From Novakomyces olei (taxonomy: Eukaryota), in NCBI GenBank assembly GCA_016906335.1, contig JADEYG010000004.1, positions 1,302,001 to 1,366,000 of the forward strand: a stretch of 64,000 bases of DNA, given 5' to 3'. The translations under genes and the position numbers were made by a program. Under the pieces are notes generated by a model. It was given only the letters and a program-made list of their open reading frames with translations, made no database searches and had not been told where the DNA came from. Position 1 is the first letter of the stretch. The number at the start of each line of letters is the position of its first letter. Shown here piece by piece: positions 10,824-25,290 of this stretch.

Positions 10824-13106
10824 CTAACCCAACATTGAACCTTCCAGTAAATCGATAAACCGTGCTGCTGAATCATCGTCTTGCCGGGCAGTTTCAGCAA
10901 TCGTAAGAATCTTGGAAATACCCACACCGATGCGATTCTGTTCCAGCCGGCTGTGGAAATGCTCGACAACAGCCTTGCGTGTTTTCCCATCAAACAGCTC
11001 GATTGAGCTCAAGATTGTATCCAGCTCCTGTACAGTCGCTACATTAGGCACTGGGATATCAGCATCAAAGCAGGAAAGCATATCCATTTGCGAGAGGATT
11101 GTACGTTCTGCTGTCGTTGCCAGTATCAGCAGTCTCCTGCCCTTTGGCGGCTGCCTTCGGAGCAGTACCATGAGCGCCTGTAGCACTGTATTAGAAAACC
11201 TGGGACCCACGTTAACCCAGTCTAATAGTCGCTCCAACTTGTCCACTACAACAACACTCAAAGGCGACTTGTAGCTGTCCTCAAAGACGCGAGAAATATG
11301 TGCAACTTTTTGTGACTCAGACATGCCAATCATGTTCTCTGGAGAAATAAGTTTGATGAAGGGAAAATTTGAACGAAGGGCAATTGTTGCGGCCAGAGCA
11401 GTCTTTCCTGAACCAACAGGACCATGGAGCAAGACAGAGACGAGTGGAGTATTACGTGAGTTTCGTACTTGCTCAACAAACAAGCTGCCTTCAGCCAGAA
11501 TTTCTCTAATGTGCGGTCCAAATTCTATTATTCCAGTACGCACACACGTCTGTAGCTCTTCCTCGCTCACTCCAAAGGCCGGGTGCACTTCGTCCAGAGC
11601 GTGCATAAAATCTGCACGTGTAATCTTCATGTTCTCCACGTCCTTACTTATCCCCGCAATTGTTCCCACTTTAACATGGCGATTGAAGGCAAAAGAGCTC
11701 GCGCTTTTGATCAGCCCGCTAATCTCTGCTCCACTAAAATTCTTGGTTTGAGCTGCCAACTCGTCCAGGCTCACATCGTCCGCCAGCATATGGTTCTTGG
11801 ACATTTTAGCTGTATGGATTTTAAGGATCTGTTTACGGCCAGCCTCGTCAGGCAGGGAAATTTCAACGTGCACCTCCAGCCGGCCGGGACGCAGCAAAGC
11901 TTCGTCAATCATGTCTTTACGATTAGTCATGCCGATAACCAGAATATTGTTTAATTGATCAACACCGTCCATCTTTGCCAGCAGCTGGTTGACTACCTGA
12001 TCGCCTGTGCCCGTACTATCGCCACGCGATCCACGCTGCTTGCAGATAGCGTCCAGCTCGTCAAAGATGATAATATGCAGACCGCTTTCGTCGCCCTTTT
12101 CACGGTACTCTTTCTCCGCATCGGCAAAGAGCTTTCTAATGTTTTCCTCACTCTGCCCGACAAACTTGTTTAAAATTTCCGGTCCGTTGACAATTTTTGG
12201 TTCACGAGCATTCAGCATTTTGCCTATTTGCCGGGCAATAAGCGTTTTACCCGTGCCCGGTGGTCCGTACAGCAAGATACCCTTTACGTGTTGGATTCCA
12301 ATCTTCTCCACCAGTCCAGGAGGAAAAATTCGGCTGGCAAAAGCACGACGAAATATAGCAGAGAACTCGCTGTCGAGCCCACCGATACCCATATTCTCAA
12401 ACTTGAAATCAGGCTGGATAATAGCATTAGCAGCTGGCCGGCGAGAACTGGCTTTCAGCCTTAGTTCAGAGTCACCGGAGCGGAAAAAGTTTACAAGTGT
12501 ATGCGAAGTAAGGATTCCTCGCTGCATAGGATCCGACGTCTGAACCCCGGAGCCATGTGTGCTGTCAAAACTGAGATCGGTGAGCTGAACAGTGCGGATT
12601 ATTGCCTTCAAGTTGTACGATTTAAAGTCAAAGACCAGCTTTTGCATCGGAGCAAAAGGCTGCCGATCAAAGCTGCGCTTAAACATGTTTGCCATCTCGT
12701 CCTGATCAAACTGCTGATCCGTCGTACGCGTTCGGGACAGGAACCCGACTTCCACGTCAATAGTCTCCAAGTACGGCCGTGGTTGGCTTTCAAGCGCGTT
12801 AAACGCAGACACTGTAACCTCCTGGTTAAGCGACCACCCGGCCCACTCTCGCTGCATCATGCCCGTGCCCAGGAAGCCCTGTGGCTGGTTCGCACGCACC
12901 TGGGTCTTGAACACAAAGGCGTCATCGCACATAATGTAGCCCTCACCGAAATCAGCCGGGTTTACACTGATACAGTTTGTGATTGCGTCCTGTGTGCTTG
13001 TGCCTTTGGCCACACGGAAGACGCGCCGTGTCCCGTTACGGGCCACCACGGGCTTCTCATCGTACCCGGGCTCGTGAGCGTGTGATCTGGAGCCGCGTCC
13101 AAACAT
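10824..13106 (-). CDS. SEC18: Vesicle-fusing ATPase NSF/Sec18
   Basis: GIGGLDSEFSAIFRRAFASR; Walker A GPPGTGKT and GPVGSGKT; probable start MFGRGS at 13106. Confidence 0.97.
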   Translation of the reverse strand: MFGRGSRSHAHEPGYDEKPVVARNGTRRVFRVAKGTSTQDAITNCISVNPADFGEGYIMCDDAFVFKTQVRANQPQGFLGTGMMQREWAGWSLNQEVTVSAFNALESQPRPYLETIDVEVGFLSRTRTTDQQFDQDEMANMFKRSFDRQPFAPMQKLVFDFKSYNLKAIIRTVQLTDLSFDSTHGSGVQTSDPMQRGILTSHTLVNFFRSGDSELRLKASSRRPAANAIIQPDFKFENMGIGGLDSEFSAIFRRAFASRIFPPGLVEKIGIQHVKGILLYGPPGTGKTLIARQIGKMLNAREPKIVNGPEILNKFVGQSEENIRKLFADAEKEYREKGDESGLHIIIFDELDAICKQRGSRGDSTGTGDQVVNQLLAKMDGVDQLNNILVIGMTNRKDMIDEALLRPGRLEVHVEISLPDEAGRKQILKIHTAKMSKNHMLADDVSLDELAAQTKNFSGAEISGLIKSASSFAFNRHVKVGTIAGISKDVENMKITRADFMHALDEVHPAFGVSEEELQTCVRTGIIEFGPHIREILAEGSLFVEQVRNSRNTPLVSVLLHGPVGSGKTALAATIALRSNFPFIKLISPENMIGMSESQKVAHISRVFEDSYKSPLSVVVVDKLERLLDWVNVGPRFSNTVLQALMVLLRRQPPKGRRLLILATTAERTILSQMDMLSCFDADIPVPNVATVQELDTILSSIELFDGKTRKAVVEHFHSRLEQNRIGVGISKILTIAETARQDDDSAARFIDLLEGSMLG

Positions 13107-13163
13107 GGTCAAAGTGCCGTTTTGGTAGGAGCAGTAGGCTGCTATACTCCAAGTACGTAGATC

Positions 13164-13270
13164 AAAGTAGGATAAGTACGAGCGGATAAAGTAGAATAAG
13201 TACGAGCGGATAAAGTAGGATAAAGTACGGTAGGCCAAAGTAGGATAAGTGCGGGCGGATAAAGTAGGAG
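13164..13270. repeat. ~24-bp degenerate tandem repeat upstream of SEC18
   Basis: AAGTAGGATAAGTACGAGCGGATA units, 4-5 copies. Confidence 0.85.
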
Positions 13271-13657
13271 GTAGCGTATTATGGACTAACGTACGTTGTG
13301 GCGCTACGTGTACGTTCCAAGCAAGGTTAGGTGTATAAATATGTATAGCGCAAATATAAGAATACTTCTACAGTACGAGACTATAAAGAGCAGTATGGAA
13401 ATAGAGTCTGAACTTGCCATCACGACGTTCTTCTACTTTAAACATTATTCAACATTTATTTTTGTACATATTTTTTGTACATATTTTTTAGACTTTATTC
13501 TTTAGACTACGATATTTTGTACATATTGTACGTTGCTATATAAGTTTTGACTAATTCTAACTTTGTACAGCGATTTTTTATACATTAGATCCAACTTTTG
13601 CTTATCGCATTACTCTTGTAAAATCGCTGAATAACAGTGTCACCATCGGCCGCAGAT

Positions 13658-16600
13658 ATGGATGAGCTTGACGAGCTCGAGTATTTGTCGGCGGTGGCTA
13701 AAGTGACATCGGAAATCGCGAATCACACAGGTAAGTTGGGTGTCTTTGCCTTTGTGGTCAATATTTTCTGTTTCCATTTGAGTATCTTTTCTATTAGTTT
13801 ATCTTTGCAGTCTTTTATCTTTGAGTCTTTTTCTTCGAGTCTTTTCTTGATCTAATCGCCAACAGGTATAAACGACAAAACGCTGGCCGAGTTCGTTATC
13901 AGCCTGCACGACGAATCACGCAGTTTTGCTGATTTCCAGCGTCGCCTGAACGATGCAGGATCAGAATTTTCACAGGCTTTTGTTGAGAGCCTGGATACTC
14001 TGATCCTCAGGCTGCGGCCTTTATCTGCGCATAGACGCGGCACAGAAAAGTCGGTGGGCAAGACTGCCCGTGAAAACGGCATAGAAAACGGACACAACGC
14101 CTCGGACGTGGACTCAAAGACGGGCAAGACTCGAGTGTTCAAGGGACTCTCTATCCCAGACGGAGTTCCAGAGTCTGTACTAGTAGACGACGAGAAGGCC
14201 GGCTATTATCATGTCGGCGATAAAGCTGGCAAGGAGAGGCAGAGGCATTCAAACGGACGCGCTGAGCCTGAAAACCCTAACCGGCGGGACAGGTATTCGA
14301 GCAAAAGAGACGGGTTGAGCCGGAACGAAGATGAAGCAAGTGACAGAGCGACACATAAACGGTCGTACGACGATTACCGCGGCAGAGAAAGGCAAAAGAC
14401 GAACGGCTCGAGACGCGACCGGTACGGGAGAGACGATCACGGCAGATCTTTCCGATCATCGCCTTCGCCTTCTCGGACCCGTACCCGATCACGGTCGCCT
14501 CGGCGCCGGGACAGTTTTACGGACCCTCCAGCGTCTGTGGACGAGGCGCCACAGCTGTACAAAGTTTATCCAGGCGTGATTAAAAACGTGACGGATTTTG
14601 GATGCTTTGTCGGCCTCAGCGGATTGGCACAGAGACGTGATGGACTGGTGCATATAAGCAATATAGTAGCCGACTCCCGGCCATCAGACCCGAGGGATAT
14701 AGTGTCGAAAGGCCAAAGGGTCTATACGAAAATTATTAAAATCGACGAAGCAACCGGCAAAATTGGTCTGTCCATGAAAGAAGTGGATCAAAGTACGGGG
14801 GTCGATTTGAACCCTCGCAAACGAGTTGACCTGTACAAGTTTTACGGCTATGATGATAATGGAAACGAGAGCAACAACGACAACGCTAATAATTACAATA
14901 ATAATGGCAATCTGAATAACAATCGGCCTAGAAAACGATTGACTTCACCAGAAATTTGGGAATTAAAACAGCTCGTTGCTTCAGGAGCCTTACCGGCAAC
15001 AGCAATTGCCGGGTACGAGGACGATTTCTCACTGGCGGTTAGTGGCGAGGTCCCTCTGGAAGTTGAAGAGGCGGTGGACGTGGAAGTCCGTGAAGATGAG
15101 CCCGCGTTTTTAGCAGGTCAAACTCGGCAAAGTCTACAGCTGAGTCCAATCAAGGTTATAAAGGCCCCGGATGGATCAATGAACAGGGCAGCAATTTCCG
15201 GAACGTCATTGGCCAAGGACAGGCGGGATGAGAGGGATAAGCAAGTGAGGGAACAGGCGGCACGTGAGCAGCAAGAACGACGGGAATCGCAAGAGGCAGC
15301 GTGGCAAGATCCCATGGCTGCAAATACTAACCCTAACCCTAACAGCTTCTCTCACAATAACCCTAACCCTAATTCCAACCGGGGTGCGCAATCGTCGATG
15401 CCGGCGTGGAAACAGGCGCTTTTCCAGCCCGATAAGAACAAGGCAGCTACTACAGGCAAACGTTCGCAAATGACGATGAGGGAGCAGAGGGAATCGCTCC
15501 CCGTTTTCCAGCTGCGTGAAGCCTTTCTACAAGCAATAGAGGCGAATCAGCTGCTTATTGTTGTTGGGGATACCGGTTCCGGGAAGACTACACAGCTAAC
15601 ACAGTTCCTAGCGGAAGCCGGTTTTGCTCGGTCGGGTAAAATCGGGTGCACTCAGCCAAGGCGGGTGGCAGCCATGTCTGTGGCTAAACGTGTAGCGGAA
15701 GAAGTCGGGTGCCGACTGGGTGGGGAAGTCGGGTACACTATCCGCTTCGAGGACTGTACGAGCCCGGCGACGCGTATTAAATACATGACAGACGGGATGT
15801 TGCAGAGGGAATGTCTGCTTGATCCCGATTTGCGTCAATATTCTGTAATTATTTTGGATGAAGCGCACGAGCGTACAATTGCTACTGATGTCCTCTTTGG
15901 ATTATTGAAAAAATCGGTTAAGCGTCGGCCCGATTTGAAGGTTATTATTACTTCAGCTACACTGGACGCGGAGAAGTTCTCCTCGTTTTTCTATGATTCC
16001 CCAATCTTTACGATTCCCGGCCGTACTTTTCCCGTTGAGGTTATGTACACTCGGGAACCCGAGTCAGATTACCTTGATGCCGCCCTGGTTACGGTTATGC
16101 AGATCCATCTTTCAGAACCTGCTGGCGATATTCTCCTCTTTCTAACAGGACAGGAAGAAATAGATACTTCCTGTGAGATTTTGTATGAGCGAATGCGAGC
16201 CCTGGGCTCCTCTGTCCCTGAGCTAATAGTTCTCCCGGTTTATTCCGCTCTGCCGGCAGAGATACAGGGCCGTATATTCGACCCGGCTCCTCCTGGAGCG
16301 AGAAAAGTCGTGATTGCCACTAATATTGCAGAGACATCGATCACGATTGATGGGATCTACTACGTCGTTGACCCCGGTTTTGTAAAGCAAAATTGTTACG
16401 ATGCAAAACTGGGCATGGACTCGCTCGTGATTACCCCAATTTCCCAAGCCCAGGCTCGGCAGAGAGCCGGCCGAGCAGGGAGAACGGGCCCGGGCAAGTG
16501 CTTTAGGCTGTATACTGAATCGGCGTACAGGAACGAGATGCTGCCGAACCCAGTACCCGAAATTCAGAGACAAAACTTGTCTCATACTATCCTTATGCTT

Positions 16601-17491
16601 AAAGCCATGGGCATAAACGATTTACTGCATTTCGATTTCATGGACCCCCCACCGATGCAGACAATGATTGCTGCCCTGGAGAATCTCTATGCTCTGGCTG
16701 CCTTGGACAGCGAGGGTTTACTGACAAGACTCGGCAGGAAAATGAGCGATTTCCCCATGGAGCCGCCCATGGCTAAAGTGCTGATTGCCAGTGTTGATCT
16801 GCAGTGTAGTGAGGAGATGATGGCAATCGTCGGAATGCTTTCCGTGCAAACCATATGGTATCGGCCCCGGGACCGGCAGCAGCAGGCTGATGCTAAACGA
16901 GCCAAATTTGCTTACGGAGAAAGCGATCATTTGACCCTGTTGGCAGTCTACAATGCTTGGAAGCAGCACAACTGCTCTGACAGCTGGTGCTATGAGAATT
17001 TCGTGCAAGCAAGGAGCATGAAACGTGCTCAAGACGTTCGCAAGCAGCTTGTCGGGCTGATGGAACGGTACCGCCATCCGATAACAAGCTGTGGTCGGGA
17101 AACGGACCGAGTACTCAAGGCCCTTTGCTCCGGGTTTTTCCGAAACGTGGCTAAAAAGGATGCCCACGAGGGAAACTACACGACCGTTCCCGAGGGAACG
17201 CCTGTCTACTTGCACCCGAGCGGAGTGCTCTTTGGCAAGTCACCCGAGTGGGTAATGTACCACGAACTCATTATGACCACCAAGGAGTTTATGCATACCG
17301 TCAGTGCCATTAAGCCGCAATGGCTGGTGGAAGCAGCTCCCAATTTTTTCAAACGGACGGATCCCTCCAAGCTGAGCAAGGCGAAAAAGAAGGAGAAAAT
17401 CGAGCCACTGTTCAACCGTGCCGGCGACGACGATTGGCGGATCAGCAAACAGCGGAGGCAAGTCGTAAAGTCGCACAACACCTTTGGATAA
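13658..17491 (+). CDS. PRP22: DEAH-box splicing helicase Prp22/DHX8 (one 5' intron)
   Basis: [37 protein letters not shown]1 domain; [36 protein letters not shown]. Confidence 0.97.
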
Positions 17492-18095
17492 TGTGCAGAT
17501 TGTCTAGATCGTGTATATAATAAATAGCAATTTTACTATAATAAAGTCTGATCTATAGTAAATTATGCTTTAAAAGACTGGCGAGGGACCGATTGTGAGA
17601 GCAATTGCCGGTACCATCAAACGCTATTAGGACGAGTCTAGACAAGTAGGACGGACAGGTTTAACAAAGCTTCCAAGGATTATGTATTGCTTGTGTAAGC
17701 GTTAGCCCCAAAATACACAGATTTAGCATTTTAATTAAGAGACATGGCAAAATATTTGAATACTATGGATAGTTTGATCAAACATAGATATCTCCAGGTC
17801 AAAATTGTGCCAGAAAGTTGTTGTTTGGCCGAGATACAATTTAATTTTTTGATAACAAGAACCATGCTCTTATTCATTAATGTGTCTAAAGTGCATTTGT
17901 TAATATTATGAACACTAATAATTTTGTTCGTGGTTTCTGCACAAAGCAAAAAGCTACGGTTCCATGGTAAAAAAACACAAAGCAAATATGAAATTAGAAT
18001 GAATATTTTACACTATGAGCAACGATCAAATTTTGTATGTCGGCTTTACCTTTTGAGCACTTGGACTCGCGTCTCTCGATCTATTCATAAAGTTT

Positions 18096-18115
18096 GACCC
18101 TAGCCCTAACCCTAG
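18096..18115. promoter_or_regulatory. Telomere-like element upstream of LYS1
   Basis: GACCCTAGCCCTAACCCTAG. Confidence 0.5.
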
Positions 18116-18288
18116 CGTTCATCTAATTTTTAATTCACGATAAGCAGAACAAAACATTTTAATTTATCTTTTCATTGGTCTCTAATTCCATAATAATCAC
18201 TCGACAATCAGCACAGATATAGTACGATAAGAATTACGGACGCAATAAACTGCAGATTATTTTCCATCGTCAAGAACCCAATTGCGAA

Positions 18289-20361
<2,073 letters not shown>

Positions 20362-20719
20362 ACAATGGCTCAATCACGACGAGAGTGGCTATTAATGTTT
20401 ATCACTAAAGGCAAAACACTGTCGTGAGTAGAATACAGTAGACAAATAATAAAGACTATTTGTAAAAATGAATATACAAATTTGTCGTGACTTTATATGT
20501 AACGGCGTTTAAAAATCTTCCTTTAATCCCGTTAAATAGATATCATGAAACATTAATTAACGATTAGCCTCAGGAGGCATTAAAATATGGTAAAACAAGA
20601 TATTTGTGGGTTGAAAGCTATACAATCAACCCCGAGCCCTCCGTCAGGATTATACGCGTACTATATTATCCTTCTGGAGCGTCAAGTATGGCAGCTTTAA
20701 TGTGCAAATTTTCCCTCCT

Positions 20720-22347
20720 CTAAAATGCATTATCAACCGCATCACCTTCAGCAGAATTCGCTGGCAGTTGCGAGAGCGGTGGGAATTGTTTAGGTCCGCT
20801 CCGTCGAACCCAGTCACGTACAAAAAGACTCGCCTTCATAAACTTTTTGCTTGCATATTTCCTGAAAAAGGCCTCATGAGGAGGCTCCTGCGACAAGTAG
20901 TCTACCATTATCTGATAGGGATATTCCAACTCTTCCTTGTGATAGCCCGAGTAATAGGTCAAGTTTCCATTCTGATTATTAGAACAGACGCAATCAACAG
21001 AAAAGAATGGTAACAAATAATGGCATTAAAAAGAAAAGCAGCAAAACAAATGAGAACAAAAAGCAATGCAGAGCTACTGGATACAAAAATTTAAAACAAA
21101 AACAAAAAACCTTACCCATTCGCCCCGGTTCAGCATCTCCCTCGCAAGAAGCATACCCGCAGCACAGAGCTTTGAGGGCGTCACGCTAAGCAGCCTGTGA
21201 TCAACAAGTGCGACTTCAACGAGGTACTTGGCAACCGTTCGCACCTGAATATTGTAATCGTCGGCCTTTGAAATTCTGCGCAAAAAGTTCATAGGGTTTG
21301 GGTATGCCAAGTTGAAATCTAATACCATGAGAATAAAGTTCTCCGCCTTGATTATATCCTCCTCCGTGTATCCGCCATCGCCCATATAAACAAAATTCTG
21401 GATGGAAGGACACATAACCTCCTCGTACTTGGAGGCAATGAAAAGAGCAGTGATCCCTACAAGCTGCAGTTTTGGCAGGGTTACTCGGCGCAGTGACAAG
21501 AACCGGTCTGTGATATTCATAGCAAGAAAAAGTGTCTCTGGAAGCAACCGAAACTTGCTGTGAACTTCAATCAGCCAGTCTGACAGTATTCCACGCATGC
21601 GCCAAGTTAAATCAGGCTGAATGCTCATATAATCCGATCCAGGCATTGTATCAACTTCCAATTTTCCCATATACTCAAAGATATCCTCCACGTACTCTGC
21701 CACCATGAGTGGATCGTCCATATCGTCAACGTCCAAGTCATCATGCTCTACTTGCAACGCGGAGACTTCTTCACTCTTCAACTTTTTAGTGGCCTGTGCT
21801 TCCACTTTAATGTCCCCCGACACCGGATTGCTTGTTGTCCGCTTCCTTTTGGACACGTCTTCAACAGCTTGCTCTGGCTCTGACTGCTGTTTTGCCGCTG
21901 TACCGGGTTTTCGAACAGTCCGTACTCGGTTCTGCCTCGCCTCTAGTATTGCCGGCTTTTGCAGTTGTTTGGGCTGCGGCCTCTGTGCATTCGTCGTAGT
22001 GGCAGAGGCATTAGGGTTTTCTTTATTCACATTGCTCAGATCACCAAGAGCGGCCCTTCGTCTCGTTAATGGAGCAGCAGCTTTGCCTTGAGTTGCTGTG
22101 CTCTTTATAGGGACAGCGGCAGCCATATTCTCTTGAGCATTGGCCGCTTTCGTCTTGGCTAACCTGGAAACAGGCCGAGCATTCTCGTCCGCCATTGGCC
22201 CGTTCACAGTAGACCGCGTGGTCCTTCTCTGATCGGGTTAGAAGCACGTTTGGTAAACAGATAAAGGCAAAGGGCCATCAGGCTGGAAAAGCCAGAGCAA
22301 TTATTGAAAAGAGGAAAAATTTCAGAGGGCATTACCACGCCATTCAT
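20720..22347 (-). CDS. cdc13: G2/M B-type cyclin (Cdc13/NimE-like)
   Basis: D-box RRRAALGDLSN; cyclin box MRGILSDWLIEVH..LLPETLFLA; KYASKKFMKAS; micro-exon MNGV spliced to RRTTRS. Confidence 0.93.
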
Positions 22348-22383
22348 GCTCTCTGCCAGAGCAGGTTTGTGCGGACAAAGATG

Positions 22384-22578
22384 TGTTTACGCGTCTGACA
22401 CTGCTTTACTTCTGCGAGTCTGTGAGCAAGGCACTTTGGTTTGTATGTGTTCAAGGGTATATGATATATTTATGCATATATTCGTGCGTGTGTATGCCTA
22501 TAGTATTATTATTATCGCGTTGTCAACAAACAATTCCTGTTCGTAAATAATGGTTGCTAGGCAGCGTTGCTAGGCAAG
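22384..22578. promoter_or_regulatory. Forkhead sites plus tandem RFX (X-box) sites in cyclin B promoter
   Basis: TGTTTAC at 22384, GTAAATAA 22543-22550, GTTGCTAGGCAGC 22553-22565, GTTGCTAGGCAAG 22566-22578. Confidence 0.65.
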
Positions 22579-23297
22579 CATGTAGGGTTTTCCGGAGGGA
22601 TTTATTTTAGGCTGGATTTTTTGCCGCCTATATATATAGTGGGCCTATCGATCTGCCGTTTATTATATGGCGGCTACCGTACTGGCTGGGTACCCGTAGC
22701 CATGGAGAGTATACTGTGGCCATGCGGATAACTTGCCCCACTATCCTCATCCGCAAGGGCTTATACAAGCCTATAAATTGACGAGTGGATATACACAACA
22801 AAAAGACTAGTCATTGTATACTAAGCATATGATTTAAAATAGCCATGTCTGACATGGAGCGAAGATGCAACGACAAAATAATTCTACACTACATAAAGAT
22901 GTAATATTGGAAGAACAAGCTTGGTGTTGCTGTTAGAATTATCATCCAAAAGGCATAAAACAATTAAATAGCGACAGAATTAATTCGCCTCTGCATACAA
23001 GTAATATTTGAATGAATTATATAGATGAATAAATGTGAACACTTCACTGCACAGTACATACTGGTATTTGAAGGAATTCTCGGACAAAATGAAGCACAGC
23101 TGAACGATGTAATAAAAAGATTATGCAGCCAGCCAGTCATGCGTCTTGTAGGGCATATTTGCCATTTAAACCAATATAAAACTTTACTACTATGTTTAAT
23201 ACTATCAATCTAATATAATATATTCAGCTTGGAAAACCCTCTGAAAGAAATCTACTTTTCAATTGATCTAACTGAACTCAATATTTACAACTTAATA

Positions 23298-25256
23298 TCA
23301 GTCTCCAATGGCAGCCAGTACCGCCCTGGCAATTTGAACATTACGCGACATGCTCAAAATAATTAGCGCTTGCTCTCGCACCCGTTTATCTATACATTAG
23401 ATCGAGAAGTTAATTAAAAAAAAAAAAAGAAATTAAAATCAATCTTACAGTTTTCCGCGCGACATATTTGTTTTGTATGTTGGGCTAAAAGACCAAGGGC
23501 AAGCAACAGTTCACGTCGTTCAATATAAGGTGAGGGCATTGCGCCTAATAGTTCTGCATTTCCGATATGAAACCTGAGCAAATGCTCTACTCTCTGCAGC
23601 AGCAAGTCTTGCAAATGTGATGTAATTTGCTCATTGCTTGTTTGCAATACGTCTCCATTTAAAGCACTAAACAGCCGACGATAACAATACTCTGCAATCC
23701 TTTGCCGAGTTCGGATTTGTAAAGGCTCAGTCGTGACGTCTAAGACTCCGTGGTTAGCTTCACGATCTCCAGTTTTGCGCTGGTAAAAGCAGCATGTACT
23801 GCATAGTATATCGAGATAGGTATTAATCCAGAGCGATTTTGTATGATCCTTTTCATCATAATCACAGGACAGTACGTAGAATACTGCACTTTCAATTGCC
23901 TTGACTGCCTCCAAGTCAAATGCCTCTCTGGCCTGTAGCTCTATTGCACACAAAGGCACATACTCATGGCTGTATCCAATTACGCCCTCAAGAGCCTGAA
24001 GCAAAGTGCGGCAGAGCACTGAGGCTTGTGAGGACGGCATTACTAGCAATTCTCGATGTCCAATCAATTGCACAATCGCCTCTGTCGCAGTCACCCACAG
24101 AGGATCAGCTTTAACAACTTTGGCCGGGACTGGGCAGTCAAATTTAAGTGTGATAGGGACGGTCAGGCTTTGGCATAAAGTGACCACGGACGGAGTAAGT
24201 GATGAAACAAGATCACGCGGGCTTCCTTCGCTATATTGTGATTGTCCCGTTTGCTTTGAACGGAAATAGTCTCTGATTTTTGTCATGCAAGACCGGGAAA
24301 GGGCAATGTACGTGGGCGGCCGTTTGACTTTGGTGACCTCAGTGCCAACTATGTTCCCAGCTGAATCCTCTTTTGAGCCAGGAAAAGGCAGTGAAACCAT
24401 TTCCGATAAAAAGATCAATAAATGATACTGCAAGCCACCGTGCAAAACTGCGTCAACTGCATTCAAGCACTGTGCTTGTACTCCACTGACAAAGTCAATG
24501 TCCGTCGAATAGTAAGGAGAATGAGGATACTTCAGTATCTGCAAAAGGATCGACGTGAGTGCCTGCAATTTGTCGTCATGGCTAACGTCAAACAGCTCAC
24601 AATAAAACCCTAATCCTGCTGTGTAAGCCTCGAGAAACTCCTGGCTCGTCTGCACCTGAGCCCGAAGACAGTTGTCACCGACAGAAAGGAATACCCTCCA
24701 CGCAGGATCACACAAGACCTCGAGCTTTTGTGCAACTTCACTATCCGTAATTGCCAAAGAGACTTTTGCACCACGATTGCCTGAATTCTCAGAATTATCC
24801 ACTGCTCCTCCTTCGCTTTGATCGTCTATGCTTTTATCGCTGCCTTTTAATGCTATAAAGGCACGTAAACACGCACTTAAAGTCTTGATGGCTTTTATCG
24901 AATGCGACTGTAAAGAGTCGCCCATACAAAGCGAAAGAATATAGTTCATTAAACTTTGCCAAAATCTTTGTGCAAATTTTATCTGCAGCAATTCGAGCGG
25001 GTATTTGGCAATCAGCGCACAGAGACCATCAGTAACAGGCTCTACTGACGAGTCCCCCTCTATTAGTTTCGCCTTTGTGTCAGCTCTTGCTCTTGCTTTA
25101 TTACGACGCTGCGAATAAAGGAGTATAGGCTCAATAACGAGATTTATACAAGTATCCCACGTAGAAGATGTGAGAAAGGCGCCCTGTGCCTCCATTGCCC
25201 GGAAAATTATCCTCGCAGCCGGGCCTTTAATGTCCACATTGCCTCCTCCATTATCG

Positions 25257-25290
<34 letters not shown>

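Noticed and set aside
13107-13238. 44-aa N-terminal extension of Sec18 in the ORF track
   Set aside because: Starts at TTG and merely translates the upstream tandem repeat
3586-13270. CRISPR-like arrays
   Set aside because: Eukaryotic context; repeats are tandem with no unique spacers
10912-17520. Many antisense/overlapping ORFs over SEC18 and PRP22
   Set aside because: Shadow frames of long conserved CDSs with no independent motifs
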